64,000 bases of DNA. It comes from Candidatus Daviesbacteria bacterium (GTDB lineage: Bacteria > Patescibacteriota > Microgenomatia > Daviesbacterales > UBA10151). The DNA lies in NCBI GenBank assembly GCA_028715175.1, contig JAQUSJ010000001.1, positions 7,760 through 71,759 on the forward strand, read 5' to 3'. Positions 19,239-28,479 of this stretch are shown here, piece after piece. Each line of letters opens with the position of its first letter. Position 1 is the first letter of the stretch. The notes beneath the pieces are model-generated. The model had not been told where the DNA came from. It did not search any database and saw nothing but the letters and a program-made list of their open reading frames with translations. The position numbers and the translations under genes are program-made.

Positions 19239-20831
19239 ATGAATTATAAAGCTATTGCTTTAGTTGTCCTTTTTTTATTAGTTCTTTTTGGTGTCTATTA
19301 TTATAGTAATAGCAGTAAAAAAATATCATTACCGCAACCTGCAAATGTAAACTTAAGCGAATGGCCAAGCGCCAACCAGAATTTTTCCAACACCAGAAGT
19401 GCTTTAAATGCCACAATTGACTTGACAAATATTTCTAATTTAAAACCTTTTTGGTCATTTCCCATCAAGGGCATCAGCGAATGGGGTGCAGCCACCACCA
19501 ATCCTATTATTATTGATAATATTGTTTATTTCCAGGATCTAAAAAGCAATATTTATGCGGTGGATTTTGAATCAGGCAAACAAATTTGGGAAAAAGAATA
19601 TAACCTGGATATTGCTGGTCCAGCTGGGGTATCTATTGAAAATGGCATGATTTTTGGCATTAAGGGGCATTTTGAAATAGTTGGATTGGATTTACAAGGC
19701 AATGAGCTTTGGGCAACAAACTTATCAAAAAATCAAAATATTGGGATTGACATTCAAACTACTGCCCAGGGTGAAAAAGTTTATGTTTCCACTGTACCTG
19801 GAGTAAGTAATGAAAATTTTTATAAAGGAGGAGCCGTAGGCATTCTTTATGCTCTTGATCAAAAAACAGGTAAAATTTTGTGGAGTTTTAACACTGTTGA
19901 TTCAAAAGATATTTGGGGCAATAAAGATGTTAATAGTGGTGGTGGTGCCTGGTATCCGCCAGCCATAGATACCCAAAAAGGTATTTTATATTGGGGAATA
20001 GGCAACCCTGCTCCTTGGCCTGGCACAAAGGATTTTCCCAATGGCAGCAGCAGGTTAGGTCCCAACCTTTATACCAACAGCTTGATTGCTTTAAATCAAC
20101 AAGATGGAAAATTACTCTGGTACAATCAGGTTTTGCCGCACGATCTGTTTGATTATGATCTACAGGTATCCCCTATTCTTACCACTTTAGATATCAGTGG
20201 CAGTAAAAAAGAGGTAATTATTGGAGCAGGTAAAATGGGAAAAGTATATTTGTTTGATAGAGAAAACGGAAAAACTATCTGGGAAACAAGTGTTGGGCAA
20301 CACTTAAATGATAATTTAAAAACATTGCCAGAGGGGATAACTAAAGTTTCTCCCGGACCACTGGGCGGAGTAGAGACCAACATGGCTTATTCTGATAACA
20401 TGATTTTTGTACCCATTGTTAATATGGTGGTTGAATATACTCCTTCTGAATTTGTGGCTAAATCATTTGATCTGGGAGCTGGGAAAGGAGAACTGGTAGC
20501 TTTAGATGCCGTAAGCGGAAAAATTCTTTGGAGCAATCAATTCGATTCAATAAATGTTGGAGCAGCTACTGTGGTCAATGATTTGGTGTTTACTGCCACT
20601 TTTAATGGTAAAATTTATGCCTTCAATAAAAAAACAGGTGAGAAAGTTTGGGAATATCAAGCTCCGGGCGGAATAAATGGCTGGCCAGCAGTTAAAGATA
20701 ATACCATTATTTTTCCTGTAGGAATGGGCAAAAATCCAATACTTTTGGCTTTTAAAATAGGAGCAAATGGAATCATTCCTTCAAGTTCTCCACTACCCCC
20801 AGCAGGAGCTGGAAAAGATTTTGGACAATAA
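19239..20831 (+). CDS. Membrane-anchored PQQ-binding beta-propeller (quinoprotein dehydrogenase-like)
   Basis: Repeated ALDxxTGKxxW Trp-docking motifs, YWGIGNP, HDLFDYD. Confidence 0.85.
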   Translation: MNYKAIALVVLFLLVLFGVYYYSNSSKKISLPQPANVNLSEWPSANQNFSNTRSALNATIDLTNISNLKPFWSFPIKGISEWGAATTNPIIIDNIVYFQDLKSNIYAVDFESGKQIWEKEYNLDIAGPAGVSIENGMIFGIKGHFEIVGLDLQGNELWATNLSKNQNIGIDIQTTAQGEKVYVSTVPGVSNENFYKGGAVGILYALDQKTGKILWSFNTVDSKDIWGNKDVNSGGGAWYPPAIDTQKGILYWGIGNPAPWPGTKDFPNGSSRLGPNLYTNSLIALNQQDGKLLWYNQVLPHDLFDYDLQVSPILTTLDISGSKKEVIIGAGKMGKVYLFDRENGKTIWETSVGQHLNDNLKTLPEGITKVSPGPLGGVETNMAYSDNMIFVPIVNMVVEYTPSEFVAKSFDLGAGKGELVALDAVSGKILWSNQFDSINVGAATVVNDLVFTATFNGKIYAFNKKTGEKVWEYQAPGGINGWPAVKDNTIIFPVGMGKNPILLAFKIGANGIIPSSSPLPPAGAGKDFGQ

Positions 20832-20918
20832 AAAAGCAATTTTTCAATAAGTTCGAGAATCGTAACTCTAATATAACCACGCAATTGTCTTGTATTATCA
20901 AGGTTTTCTCTGATTATT

Positions 20919-20978
20919 ATCCTGAGCAACGCCGAAGGACTTTAGGCTTGCTATAGTCCTGAGTGAAGCCGAAGGATC
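20919..20978. repeat. Two REP-like units (CCTGAG...CGAAGG family)
   Basis: atcctgagcaacgccgaaggac and gtcctgagtgaagccgaaggatc. Confidence 0.65.
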
Positions 20979-21012
20979 GCTCAAATCAGAGAGGAAATAG
21001 AAAAAGCGCAGT

Positions 21013-21642
21013 TTATTTTATAGAAGGGTCGAGAGTTGTAGTATTCTTTATCGGACCAGGGTAACCACTAGCCCTGCTTGATGATGATGTATGTATATTA
21101 GTAGAAGCATATATCTGTCCTTCTCTTAAACCGTCTATCAGAGTTGTATGTTTTGTTTTGAATCTTTTTATTTCATCTAGTGCTTTACTCATTCTTTCCT
21201 TGTATTTCTCCTCAGTTAGCTGGGTCTTGAATTTGTCGAGTGAGTCTAAAAAATCCTTTACTAGAGTTTCAACATCTAATATTGCGCCAACCCCGCTTTG
21301 TTTATATACAGCAGGTCTCAAATTATTCCTACTAATTGCACCCCTTGCAAAATACTCATGTGCTAATCCATTTCTGAAGATATCTCGCAAAATATCAATA
21401 GGATATTCATCCTTATGAACAAAGCATTTATCAATGTATTCTTTAGAATTGTCGGTAAAATTTCCTTCTTCCCCCAGTAAGAATCCGCCAAGATACTCCA
21501 TATAAGCCAGAACACATAAAGCTAGAGGAAAGTTGATATTACCAACCGCACCGTCTAAAGCAGGAATTTCGGTTGTCATCCTTTCCAGATCATGTTTAAT
21601 CCAACCGAAGACTATTTTGTTAAGAAAAGTGTCCAAATTCAT
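21013..21642 (-). CDS. Hypothetical protein with HEPN-like RxxxxH motif
   Basis: Helical protein with E upstream (YMEYLG) and RNGLAH. Confidence 0.55.
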   Translation of the reverse strand: MNLDTFLNKIVFGWIKHDLERMTTEIPALDGAVGNINFPLALCVLAYMEYLGGFLLGEEGNFTDNSKEYIDKCFVHKDEYPIDILRDIFRNGLAHEYFARGAISRNNLRPAVYKQSGVGAILDVETLVKDFLDSLDKFKTQLTEEKYKERMSKALDEIKRFKTKHTTLIDGLREGQIYASTNIHTSSSSRASGYPGPIKNTTTLDPSIK

Positions 21643-21729
21643 AAAATAATTGGTATATTAAGTGCCACTTGGCTCCATATTCCTAGTCTTAATCGAACTG
21701 ACAGTTTAGCCACATTAATAAAATGCTCT

Positions 21730-22416
21730 TTAGGCTAAATCCTTCTTCTTTTCTTCAAATTCTTTTTTATCTATTTCTCCTTTAGCATAACGTTCTTTAA
21801 GAATTTCTAAGGGTGCTTTGTCTTGATCTGTACTGCTTTGTTTAGTTCCTCCCAAATAACGGACTAAAGCAACAACACCAAGAATTATAAGAATCCAAAA
21901 TATAATCATAAAGATCCAACCGAACCCAAAGCCTCCCCAGCCCATCATGTTGCCCCAACCGCCGTTATAACCCATCATAGGATTTCCACCTCCTCCCGTC
22001 ATCCACCACATCATTGGGAAACCATATCCTGAAGGTAGTGGTGCGTTTGTATCGCAACCGCTTGATCTTTTACCAAGAGCTATATGCATTTGTTCTTCTC
22101 CGTTTTGACCCATCATATTCTGCATCATTTGGTTCATAACAGCATGTCTTTCAGTATTTCCGATTGATTGACCCATATAGTATTCGCCTAACACTTCATA
22201 ATCATCGTCTTTTACGCTGCTGCAAGTTATTTGCTTTGATTGCAGCTGCTCCCAAATTTGTTTTCCTTTGGCTTCGTCTTCGGCAGTTGCGGATACTTCG
22301 GAAGAGGACGTATTGGAATTATTGCCCCAGTTCATCATCCCTTGAGCTGAAGCAGAAGAAGAAAATACAGTTATTAAAATCGTAAACGCAGTTAAAACTA
22401 ACAATAGTTTTTTCAT
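21730..22416 (-). CDS. SHOCT-domain membrane protein with Met/Gly-rich segment
   Basis: Signal peptide, MMG repeats, TM, LEILKERYAKGEIDKKEFEEKK. Confidence 0.85.
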   Translation of the reverse strand: MKKLLLVLTAFTILITVFSSSASAQGMMNWGNNSNTSSSEVSATAEDEAKGKQIWEQLQSKQITCSSVKDDDYEVLGEYYMGQSIGNTERHAVMNQMMQNMMGQNGEEQMHIALGKRSSGCDTNAPLPSGYGFPMMWWMTGGGGNPMMGYNGGWGNMMGWGGFGFGWIFMIIFWILIILGVVALVRYLGGTKQSSTDQDKAPLEILKERYAKGEIDKKEFEEKKKDLA

Positions 22417-22420
22417 AGAT

Positions 22421-23092
22421 TTAAAAAGTAACTACTTTATCACTCTTCTTTATCAGATTATAGAGTTCTTTCATACCGCTTACCGGACAGGTTTTATCTG
22501 ATTTATCTCGATTGCAGTCATAACATGTCACCTGAATGTTGTTTTCCTCGGAACTTCCTCCTTTTGAAACAGGAATCATGTGATCAAATTCAATTTCATT
22601 ATCCTTTAAAACTTTTCCACATAATTGACATTGATTATTATCTCTCCTTACCACTCTCAACATTACATGGCGAGGGATGTTTCTTCCTACTCTCCTTAAT
22701 TTTTCAGTTTCTGTAAATGGTTCGTTTACAAAAAAAACCGGACATAGATGACCAAAAACAGAGCATGCTTTTTGTAAGTCGTCTTTTGAGTGTTTGATGG
22801 GGTAATTATCTGACTTAAATTCTTTTACTTCTTTTTCAAATATCTTTTTTCTTTCACCCGAATAAGCTTTCTTCTCTAGTTGTTGCCTAAGAAATTTATT
22901 ATGTTCTATTGCTTCTGCTCTAGTAGAACCTGGTAACGGAAACTCTTCAACCGATACACCATAAGGACAATATTTTAATTCCCAACAAGGTTTACATACA
23001 TTTTTTGTTCTCTTTTTCCATTCCTTGTCAACAACTTCATCACTGGTTTTTGGGTTAAACCCTAGAAGGGTTTTAATAAAGGGACTGATCAT
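22421..23092 (-). CDS. HNH endonuclease with Cys-rich N-terminal domain
   Basis: RDNNQCQLCG, EFDHMIPVSKGG, NIQVTCYDCN; N-terminal CKPCWELKYCPYG. Confidence 0.9.
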   Translation of the reverse strand: MISPFIKTLLGFNPKTSDEVVDKEWKKRTKNVCKPCWELKYCPYGVSVEEFPLPGSTRAEAIEHNKFLRQQLEKKAYSGERKKIFEKEVKEFKSDNYPIKHSKDDLQKACSVFGHLCPVFFVNEPFTETEKLRRVGRNIPRHVMLRVVRRDNNQCQLCGKVLKDNEIEFDHMIPVSKGGSSEENNIQVTCYDCNRDKSDKTCPVSGMKELYNLIKKSDKVVTF

Positions 23093-23130
23093 TTTTATTG
23101 TCTTATTTGGGTCAGATTAAGAAAATTGAG

Positions 23131-23392
23131 CTCCCCCGCGTGGATTCGAACCACGAACCTTCTTCTTACAGAACTCCTTCTGTTACCAAAAGGTCTGGAC
23201 TATCTTATGTCGCCTGAGGCGACTCGGGTATATAGTCTCTACACATTTACCCCGCCATGGCGGGGATTTAGCTCGGGATTATCCTTCGATAAACTTAGGA
23301 CTTCCCCGAATTAGCCCGATTTTTCAATCCCGATTACTCGGGAAAGCTGCCTGATTAGACAGGAAGCCGCTCTACCATTGAGCTACAGGGGA
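23131..23392 (-). tRNA. tRNA-Asn(GUU) split by an intron (exons 23392-23359 and 23168-23131)
   Basis: Joined exons give a cloverleaf: TCCCCTG/CGGGGGA acceptor, anticodon loop CTGT|TAA, T arm CGTGG-TTCGAAT-CCACG. Confidence 0.88.
23169..23358 (-). ncRNA. Group I self-splicing intron (190 nt)
   Basis: Exon U before the 5' splice site, terminal G, core elements AATTCGGGGAA, AATCCCGAGC, GTAGAGACTA and AAGATAGTCC (P7 GACTA/TAGTC). Confidence 0.88.
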
Positions 23393-23400
23393 ATTAGGTT

Positions 23401-23435
23401 AATGTACAATTAAGAATGTACAATTAATAATTCAA
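23401..23435. repeat. 7-nt-period repeat arm downstream of the four-helix-bundle gene
   Basis: aatgtac aattaag aatgtac aattaat aattcaa. Confidence 0.75.
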
Positions 23436-23460
23436 AACATTTAAAAGTGCAATTTTACAA

Positions 23461-23844
23461 TTATCTTTTTGGACTATTCCCTTTAGTCCTCTTAATAATT
23501 GAAGTCAAAATTTTAATGATCTCTTGATTTTCTTCTAAAAGAACTTCTAACCTTGACTTGGAGATTATACCTACTTCTGCAATCATTCTCAACCAATATT
23601 CGGTTTCTCTGGCCTCCTTAAGTGCTACAGTCAAACCATAAATAAATTCTTTTCTCGAACCTGCATTTTGGGCTTCTTCTGTATTAGCTCCAATACTGGT
23701 ACCACACCTGATCAATTGATTCCCAATAGCAATTCCAGCAGAATTTCTAGGTAGGGACATAACCAATTTAACAACCCTCACTCCAAAATTAAATGTTCTC
23801 TCTCGGATGTCAAAAACTTTGTTTTCCGAGCCTGAATTGTACAT
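23461..23844 (-). CDS. Four-helix-bundle protein (23S rRNA IVS protein/bAvd-like family)
   Basis: QLIRCGTSIGANTEEA, EFIYGLTVALKEARETEYWL. Confidence 0.92.
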   Translation of the reverse strand: MYNSGSENKVFDIRERTFNFGVRVVKLVMSLPRNSAGIAIGNQLIRCGTSIGANTEEAQNAGSRKEFIYGLTVALKEARETEYWLRMIAEVGIISKSRLEVLLEENQEIIKILTSIIKRTKGNSPKR

Positions 23845-23866
23845 TTTACATTATACATTGTACATT
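23833..23866. repeat. 7-nt-period repeat arm, inverse of 23401-23435, containing the start codon
   Basis: tgaatt gtacatt ttacatt atacatt gtacatt. Confidence 0.75.
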
Positions 23867-23876
23867 ATCTTTAGGG

Positions 23877-24074
23877 GTGAGAAATTTGTATAAACAAATC
23901 AGTCAGTATTTCAAAAATCATGTTTATTATAACTCTGCTATTCATATCCTGGTTGGGATAGGTGTAGGCATACTTTTAACTTATCCTTTGGCAGGAACTC
24001 ACCCTGTCCGTTGGGGACTTACGTTTTTGGCTTTGGGAATCTTAGGACACCTTTGTCCTTTGGTTAAAAAATAA
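23877..24074 (+). CDS. Small membrane protein
   Basis: Two TM helices, HPVRWG; probable GTG start. Confidence 0.6.
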   Translation: MRNLYKQISQYFKNHVYYNSAIHILVGIGVGILLTYPLAGTHPVRWGLTFLALGILGHLCPLVKK

Positions 24075-24103
24075 TCGGGAACATATTTAACTTAAGAAAG
24101 GAG

Positions 24104-24364
24104 GTGAAAAATATGAATCCTAATAAAACAGGCCTTGCCTTAGGTGGTCTTATGGGATTGTGGCATCTTGTCTGGGGACTGTTTGTTGCTTTTGGGATGG
24201 CCCAAATATTGCTGGATTGGATCTATTCTTTGCATTTTTTGAATAATCCATTCGCAGTCCAAAGCTTTAATGCAGTAGTGTGGCTTACTTTGGTAGTAGT
24301 AACAGCAGTAGTAGGTTATATCTTTGGCTATGTTTTTGCCGTAATTTGGAATAAGCTTCATTAA
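24104..24364 (+). CDS. Small membrane protein
   Basis: TM helices; SD AAGGAGG. Confidence 0.7.
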   Translation: MKNMNPNKTGLALGGLMGLWHLVWGLFVAFGMAQILLDWIYSLHFLNNPFAVQSFNAVVWLTLVVVTAVVGYIFGYVFAVIWNKLH

Positions 24365-24532
24365 TGAAGCTTGCGAGCTAATCGCTCTAAAAATCAATAA
24401 ATAGAGGTTTTATTCTAAATAGTCTCTTAACTTTTTAGCTAGAGAATCTGATACTTTATCTAAATGAACCTTTAAAAGTTCTGTTGTGGTTTTCAAACAC
24501 TTTCAAACATTTAAAAAATTTTTATCTTACAG

Positions 24533-24561
24533 TTGACGGATATTTGATTTAACAGTATAAT
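24533..24561 (+). promoter_or_regulatory. Near-consensus sigma70 promoter
   Basis: TTGACG-N17-TATAAT. Confidence 0.7.
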
Positions 24562-24677
24562 ACGCAAAGTAAGTAATGCTAGAACTCTTCTGAATGCGCC
24601 GCTAAAAATTCGGAGGGCTATGAAGGGAATTCTTCTTTATCGGCTGCTTGTCGTTTAAGTTTTCCCTTTTAATATTC

Positions 24678-25328
24678 ATGGTAGAAAGAAGATTCAGATT
24701 AATAGTACCTGCTGCTTTGTTGGCGCTTTTGCTGCTGAGCAGTGGCGGTAAACCATCAGAAACTGATGCTGCTGAAACAGGAATTATCAGTGAAATTGCG
24801 CCAGCAAGTCTGGTTGAAGGTTATCATGAAGTTCTAGATTCAATACCTGAATTAACATCCAACCCCGAGCCAGATCCAACAGAAAAAAATCCAGCTATCT
24901 TGGATATTCCTGAACTAGGCAAGTTCTACCCAACAAATTTAGTTATGGAAGGTCCAGCTAGCACTTATTCAGTAGAAGGATGTCTTGGCTGCAGACCCGA
25001 TAGACTAATGGCTAACGGGGATCCCCTAGATAACAGTAAGCTTACTTTAGCTGCTCTGCCAGAATTTCTCCTCAATACATATGTTCTGGTAGAGAATATT
25101 ACTATAGATAATGATAATAAATTCCCTGATAATAGGGGCGGGGTAGTAGCTAAGGTGACTGACAGAGGCAGATTCCCAAAAGGGAGAATAGCAGATCTAA
25201 CATTAACCACAAATCATTTTGTACTTGGGGGCCAACCATTGCCTCAAGGAAAAACACTCATAGTAAGGCTGACTGGTTTAGAACCAATCGAATCTGTTCG
25301 AGATAATCTTATTCCAAATAATCCCTAA
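24678..25328 (+). CDS. Secreted RlpA-like double-psi beta-barrel protein
   Basis: Signal peptide, ASTYS, MANG, KVTDRG, RIADLT. Confidence 0.7.
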   Translation: MVERRFRLIVPAALLALLLLSSGGKPSETDAAETGIISEIAPASLVEGYHEVLDSIPELTSNPEPDPTEKNPAILDIPELGKFYPTNLVMEGPASTYSVEGCLGCRPDRLMANGDPLDNSKLTLAALPEFLLNTYVLVENITIDNDNKFPDNRGGVVAKVTDRGRFPKGRIADLTLTTNHFVLGGQPLPQGKTLIVRLTGLEPIESVRDNLIPNNP

Positions 25329-26400
25329 GTTTTTTAGCCCGGGTGGGGTGCTTTAGTTTTCTAATGGCTTTTGCTTCTATTTGCCTAATACGCTCCCTGG
25401 TTACTCCAAACTCTTTCCCGACTTCTTCCAAAGTCCGCTGTTTCCCATCTTCCAATCCAAAACGAAGCTGTAGAACTCTTTTTTCCCTGGGAGAAAGACT
25501 ATTCAACACTTCATCAAGGTGAACCTTCAAAAGTTCCCGGGTGGCTTGCTCGTCCGGTTGCAATCCCTGATCGGCAATAAAATCCCCTAAATGAGAGTCT
25601 TCTTCGTCTCCCACGGGCGTTTCCAGAGAGGTTGGCTCCTGTGAAACCTTAATAATTTCCCGGGCCTTACTCTCGTCAATTCCCAGCGCTTTAGCAACTT
25701 CTTCCGGGGCCGGTTCCCTGCCCAACTCCTGCATGAGTCTCCTTTGAGTTCTATTAAATCTGTTTATTGTTTCAACCATATGTACGGGAATGCGAATAGT
25801 CCTGGCCTGGTCAGCGATTGCCCTGGTGATAGCTTGCCTGATCCACCAAGTGGCATAGGTTGAAAATTTATAGCCCCTTCTCCAGTCATACTTATCAACC
25901 GCCCTCATCAAACCGATATTACCCTCTTCTATTAAATCCAAAAGGCTCATTCCGCGCCCCACATATTTCTTGGCAATAGATACAACCAGTCTTAAGTTGG
26001 CGCTGATTAACTTATCCCGGGCTCTCTGCTCATTTTTTTCGGCTCTTTTTGCTAAATCTATCTCGTCTTGTGCTGTAAGAAGTGGAATCTTGCCTATGTC
26101 GCGTAGATACTGCCTGACAGGATCTGTAACCGAACCGCTTTCCAGAGTTGATAATACTTCCAGCTCTTTTTCCAGCTCTGTGGCAGTCTTAGTGTCGGTT
26201 TCAAGCTCTTCTGCTGTATTTTCAAACACATCAATATTTTCATTGATTAATTTGACATAAAATTCATCTAACTGCTCTATCGCTTCTTCAGGCTTAGGGA
26301 AAACTACCAGAATCTCTTCCTGGGTCACAAATCCCCGGTTTTTCCCTAGTTTAATAAGCTTCTTTATATCCAGCGGTGTTTGTTTTTTGATTTTAGCCAT
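25309..26400 (-). CDS. rpoD: Primary sigma factor
   Basis: [54 protein letters not shown]. Confidence 0.97.
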   Translation of the reverse strand: MAKIKKQTPLDIKKLIKLGKNRGFVTQEEILVVFPKPEEAIEQLDEFYVKLINENIDVFENTAEELETDTKTATELEKELEVLSTLESGSVTDPVRQYLRDIGKIPLLTAQDEIDLAKRAEKNEQRARDKLISANLRLVVSIAKKYVGRGMSLLDLIEEGNIGLMRAVDKYDWRRGYKFSTYATWWIRQAITRAIADQARTIRIPVHMVETINRFNRTQRRLMQELGREPAPEEVAKALGIDESKAREIIKVSQEPTSLETPVGDEEDSHLGDFIADQGLQPDEQATRELLKVHLDEVLNSLSPREKRVLQLRFGLEDGKQRTLEEVGKEFGVTRERIRQIEAKAIRKLKHPTRAKKLRDYLE

Positions 26401-26407
26401 AATGGTT

Positions 26408-26461
26408 AGTAACAAGTACAGGAGTAACAAGGCACAAGTTAAATAACTTGTTACTTGTTAC
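26408..26461. repeat. 7-nt-period hairpin between dnaG and rpoD
   Basis: gtaacaa gtacagg agtaacaa ggcacaa g ... aacttgttacttgttac. Confidence 0.6.
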
Positions 26462-28233
26462 AAATTCTTCAATTTCACCGATAAATCTCTGGCTTTTTTG
26501 CTAAGAGATTCTACTACTTCCAGTTTACCAAACTCCTGCGCATTTTTAATTTCCAAAGATAGCTTCTCCAGAGATGCCTTGATTAAAGCTTTTTTAAGTT
26601 CCGATACAACCCCGTCAAGCTCTTTTCTCCAAAACCCCTCATCAACCAGTCTTCTGTCGAGCTCTACTAAGTATAATCTATCTACCTCTGATAGCAATTC
26701 TTTTGGCAAATTTATAACAAATTCATTAATATTAAAAGCCTTGCTTTTAAAAGATATCGAATCTAAATACAATACCAAAAGTACATAAAGTTGGCGCCAT
26801 TTCTCTGCCAGGAATAATGTCTCCGGAAAACTTGGGATAAAAACTAAATCTTTTGGCGGATGCAAAAGCAGAGCGATTAAATATTCTTCCAGCAGCTCTC
26901 TTCTTGATTTGGATGGTACGATATCATCCTCTACAGTTGTCTTTTGGAAAATTGCGGTATAGCTTTGTGAGGTTGATTTGCGGATTTTTTCAACGCCGTC
27001 TCGTATGATTTTCTCTTCTGTTTTTAGAAAAGCTGACAATCTTTGAATATAACGTTCCCTGACCAGATCATCAGTGATTTTAGCCCAAATAGGCATCAGC
27101 TCTTCTCCAATCTTTTTCAAATCGTTCGGATTTTTACTGTCATATCTTTTAGCAATAGACGTTAGATAATAATCATAAATTGGCACCGCCTCTGTTATAG
27201 CTTTCTGCCAGATAGCCGGATCGGCCTTGACTGCCTGCGCAGCATCTTTATCTCCTTCAAGCTGGATCACTTTGATATTTAATCCTGCCTTATCCGCCAT
27301 CTCAATCCCGCGCCGGCTGGCGCTATCCCCTGCCAGATCCATATCAAAACCCAACAGTAAGCTTTCCGTATACTTTTTAAGTAGATCAATTTGTCCTTCT
27401 GTCAACGCAGTACCTTTGGAAGCAACTATATTTTTGAATCCTGCCTGAAAAGATAAAATCATGTCCATTTCCCCTTCTACCAGAATCGCTTCTTTTTTGT
27501 TTCTGATTTCTCCTTTGGCCAAATTAAGGCCAAATAAAAAACTGCCTTTGTCAAAAATCGGGGTCTGAGGAGTATTTATGTATTTTGGTTCGGCATGATA
27601 CAGGACCCGACCCGAAAATCCTCTTAATTTATCTTTGCTATCAAACAGCGGATAGGTAATCCTGCCTCTAAACCGGTCATAACTGTCAGATTTTGAGGCA
27701 ACCCCGAGACCCGATATCACGATTTCCTGGGTGCTAAATCCTCTCTTGAGTAAAAATTTAGTCAGGGATTCCCAGGAATTAGGAGCATATCCTATGCCAA
27801 ATTGGGAAATTGTTTCAAGACTCACACCTCTGTCTTGCAAGTATTCCAAAGCCTTTTTGCCTAATGGGTGTTTAGTTAAAATATAGTGGAAAAATTCCTG
27901 GGCTTTAAGATTGACTTCAAATAGTCTTTCTTTAAAATCTTTTTTGTCAGGGGATTTTTTTAAGGTCACTCCGGCTTTATTAGCCAGTATTTCCAGTGCC
28001 TCCTTGAATTCCATACCTTCTTTTTCCATCAAGAAAGTAAAGACATCTCCGCTTTTTTGACAGCCAAAACATTTGAAGATTTGGCGCTCGGGTGAAACTA
28101 TAAATGAGGGTGTTTTCTCGTTATGGAAAGGGCAATTTGCTTTAAAATTAACACCGGCTTTTTTTAAAGGAAGATATTCCGAGATTAAATCTACAATATT
28201 AATTTTTTCTTTAATCAGTTCGGTGTCATCCAT
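26458..28233 (-). CDS. dnaG: DNA primase
   Basis: CPFHNEKTPSF..CFGC Zn finger, KYINTP, EGEMD, FDMDLAG Toprim. Confidence 0.97.
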   Translation of the reverse strand: MDDTELIKEKINIVDLISEYLPLKKAGVNFKANCPFHNEKTPSFIVSPERQIFKCFGCQKSGDVFTFLMEKEGMEFKEALEILANKAGVTLKKSPDKKDFKERLFEVNLKAQEFFHYILTKHPLGKKALEYLQDRGVSLETISQFGIGYAPNSWESLTKFLLKRGFSTQEIVISGLGVASKSDSYDRFRGRITYPLFDSKDKLRGFSGRVLYHAEPKYINTPQTPIFDKGSFLFGLNLAKGEIRNKKEAILVEGEMDMILSFQAGFKNIVASKGTALTEGQIDLLKKYTESLLLGFDMDLAGDSASRRGIEMADKAGLNIKVIQLEGDKDAAQAVKADPAIWQKAITEAVPIYDYYLTSIAKRYDSKNPNDLKKIGEELMPIWAKITDDLVRERYIQRLSAFLKTEEKIIRDGVEKIRKSTSQSYTAIFQKTTVEDDIVPSKSRRELLEEYLIALLLHPPKDLVFIPSFPETLFLAEKWRQLYVLLVLYLDSISFKSKAFNINEFVINLPKELLSEVDRLYLVELDRRLVDEGFWRKELDGVVSELKKALIKASLEKLSLEIKNAQEFGKLEVVESLSKKARDLSVKLKNL

Positions 28234-28363
28234 AGGTTTGCAATAATCCCAAAGGCCCCACGTTAATGTAAACTGAACGGGGAAGACTTCCAGGTATTGT
28301 TTGGCGCAATTCTACTCCAAAAATATCCCGAAAACAAGGGGTAGGTAGTATAATACCTGTTAC

Positions 28364-28450
28364 GGAGGAGTCACATAGTGGCCCATTGTACGTACTTGGA
28401 AAGTACGCGAGCGAAAGCTCACGTGGGTTCGAATCCCACCTCCTCCGCCA
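28364..28450 (+). tRNA. tRNA-Ser(GGA)
   Basis: CGTAC-TTGGAAA-GTACG, long variable arm, encoded CCA. Confidence 0.93.
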
Positions 28451-28479
28451 AATTACACTTTTAGTAAAGAGCGGGTTTC

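Noticed and set aside
23126-23314. 62-aa plus-strand ORF as an intron-encoded protein
   Set aside because: It is antisense to the tRNA/intron and has no endonuclease motif.
23461-23844. Diversity-generating retroelement (Avd-like gene)
   Set aside because: No reverse transcriptase and no TR/VR pair differing at adenines was seen in the window.
24580-24650. c-di-AMP riboswitch upstream of the RlpA-like gene
   Set aside because: Two small hairpins are present, but the conserved ydaO motifs could not be matched.
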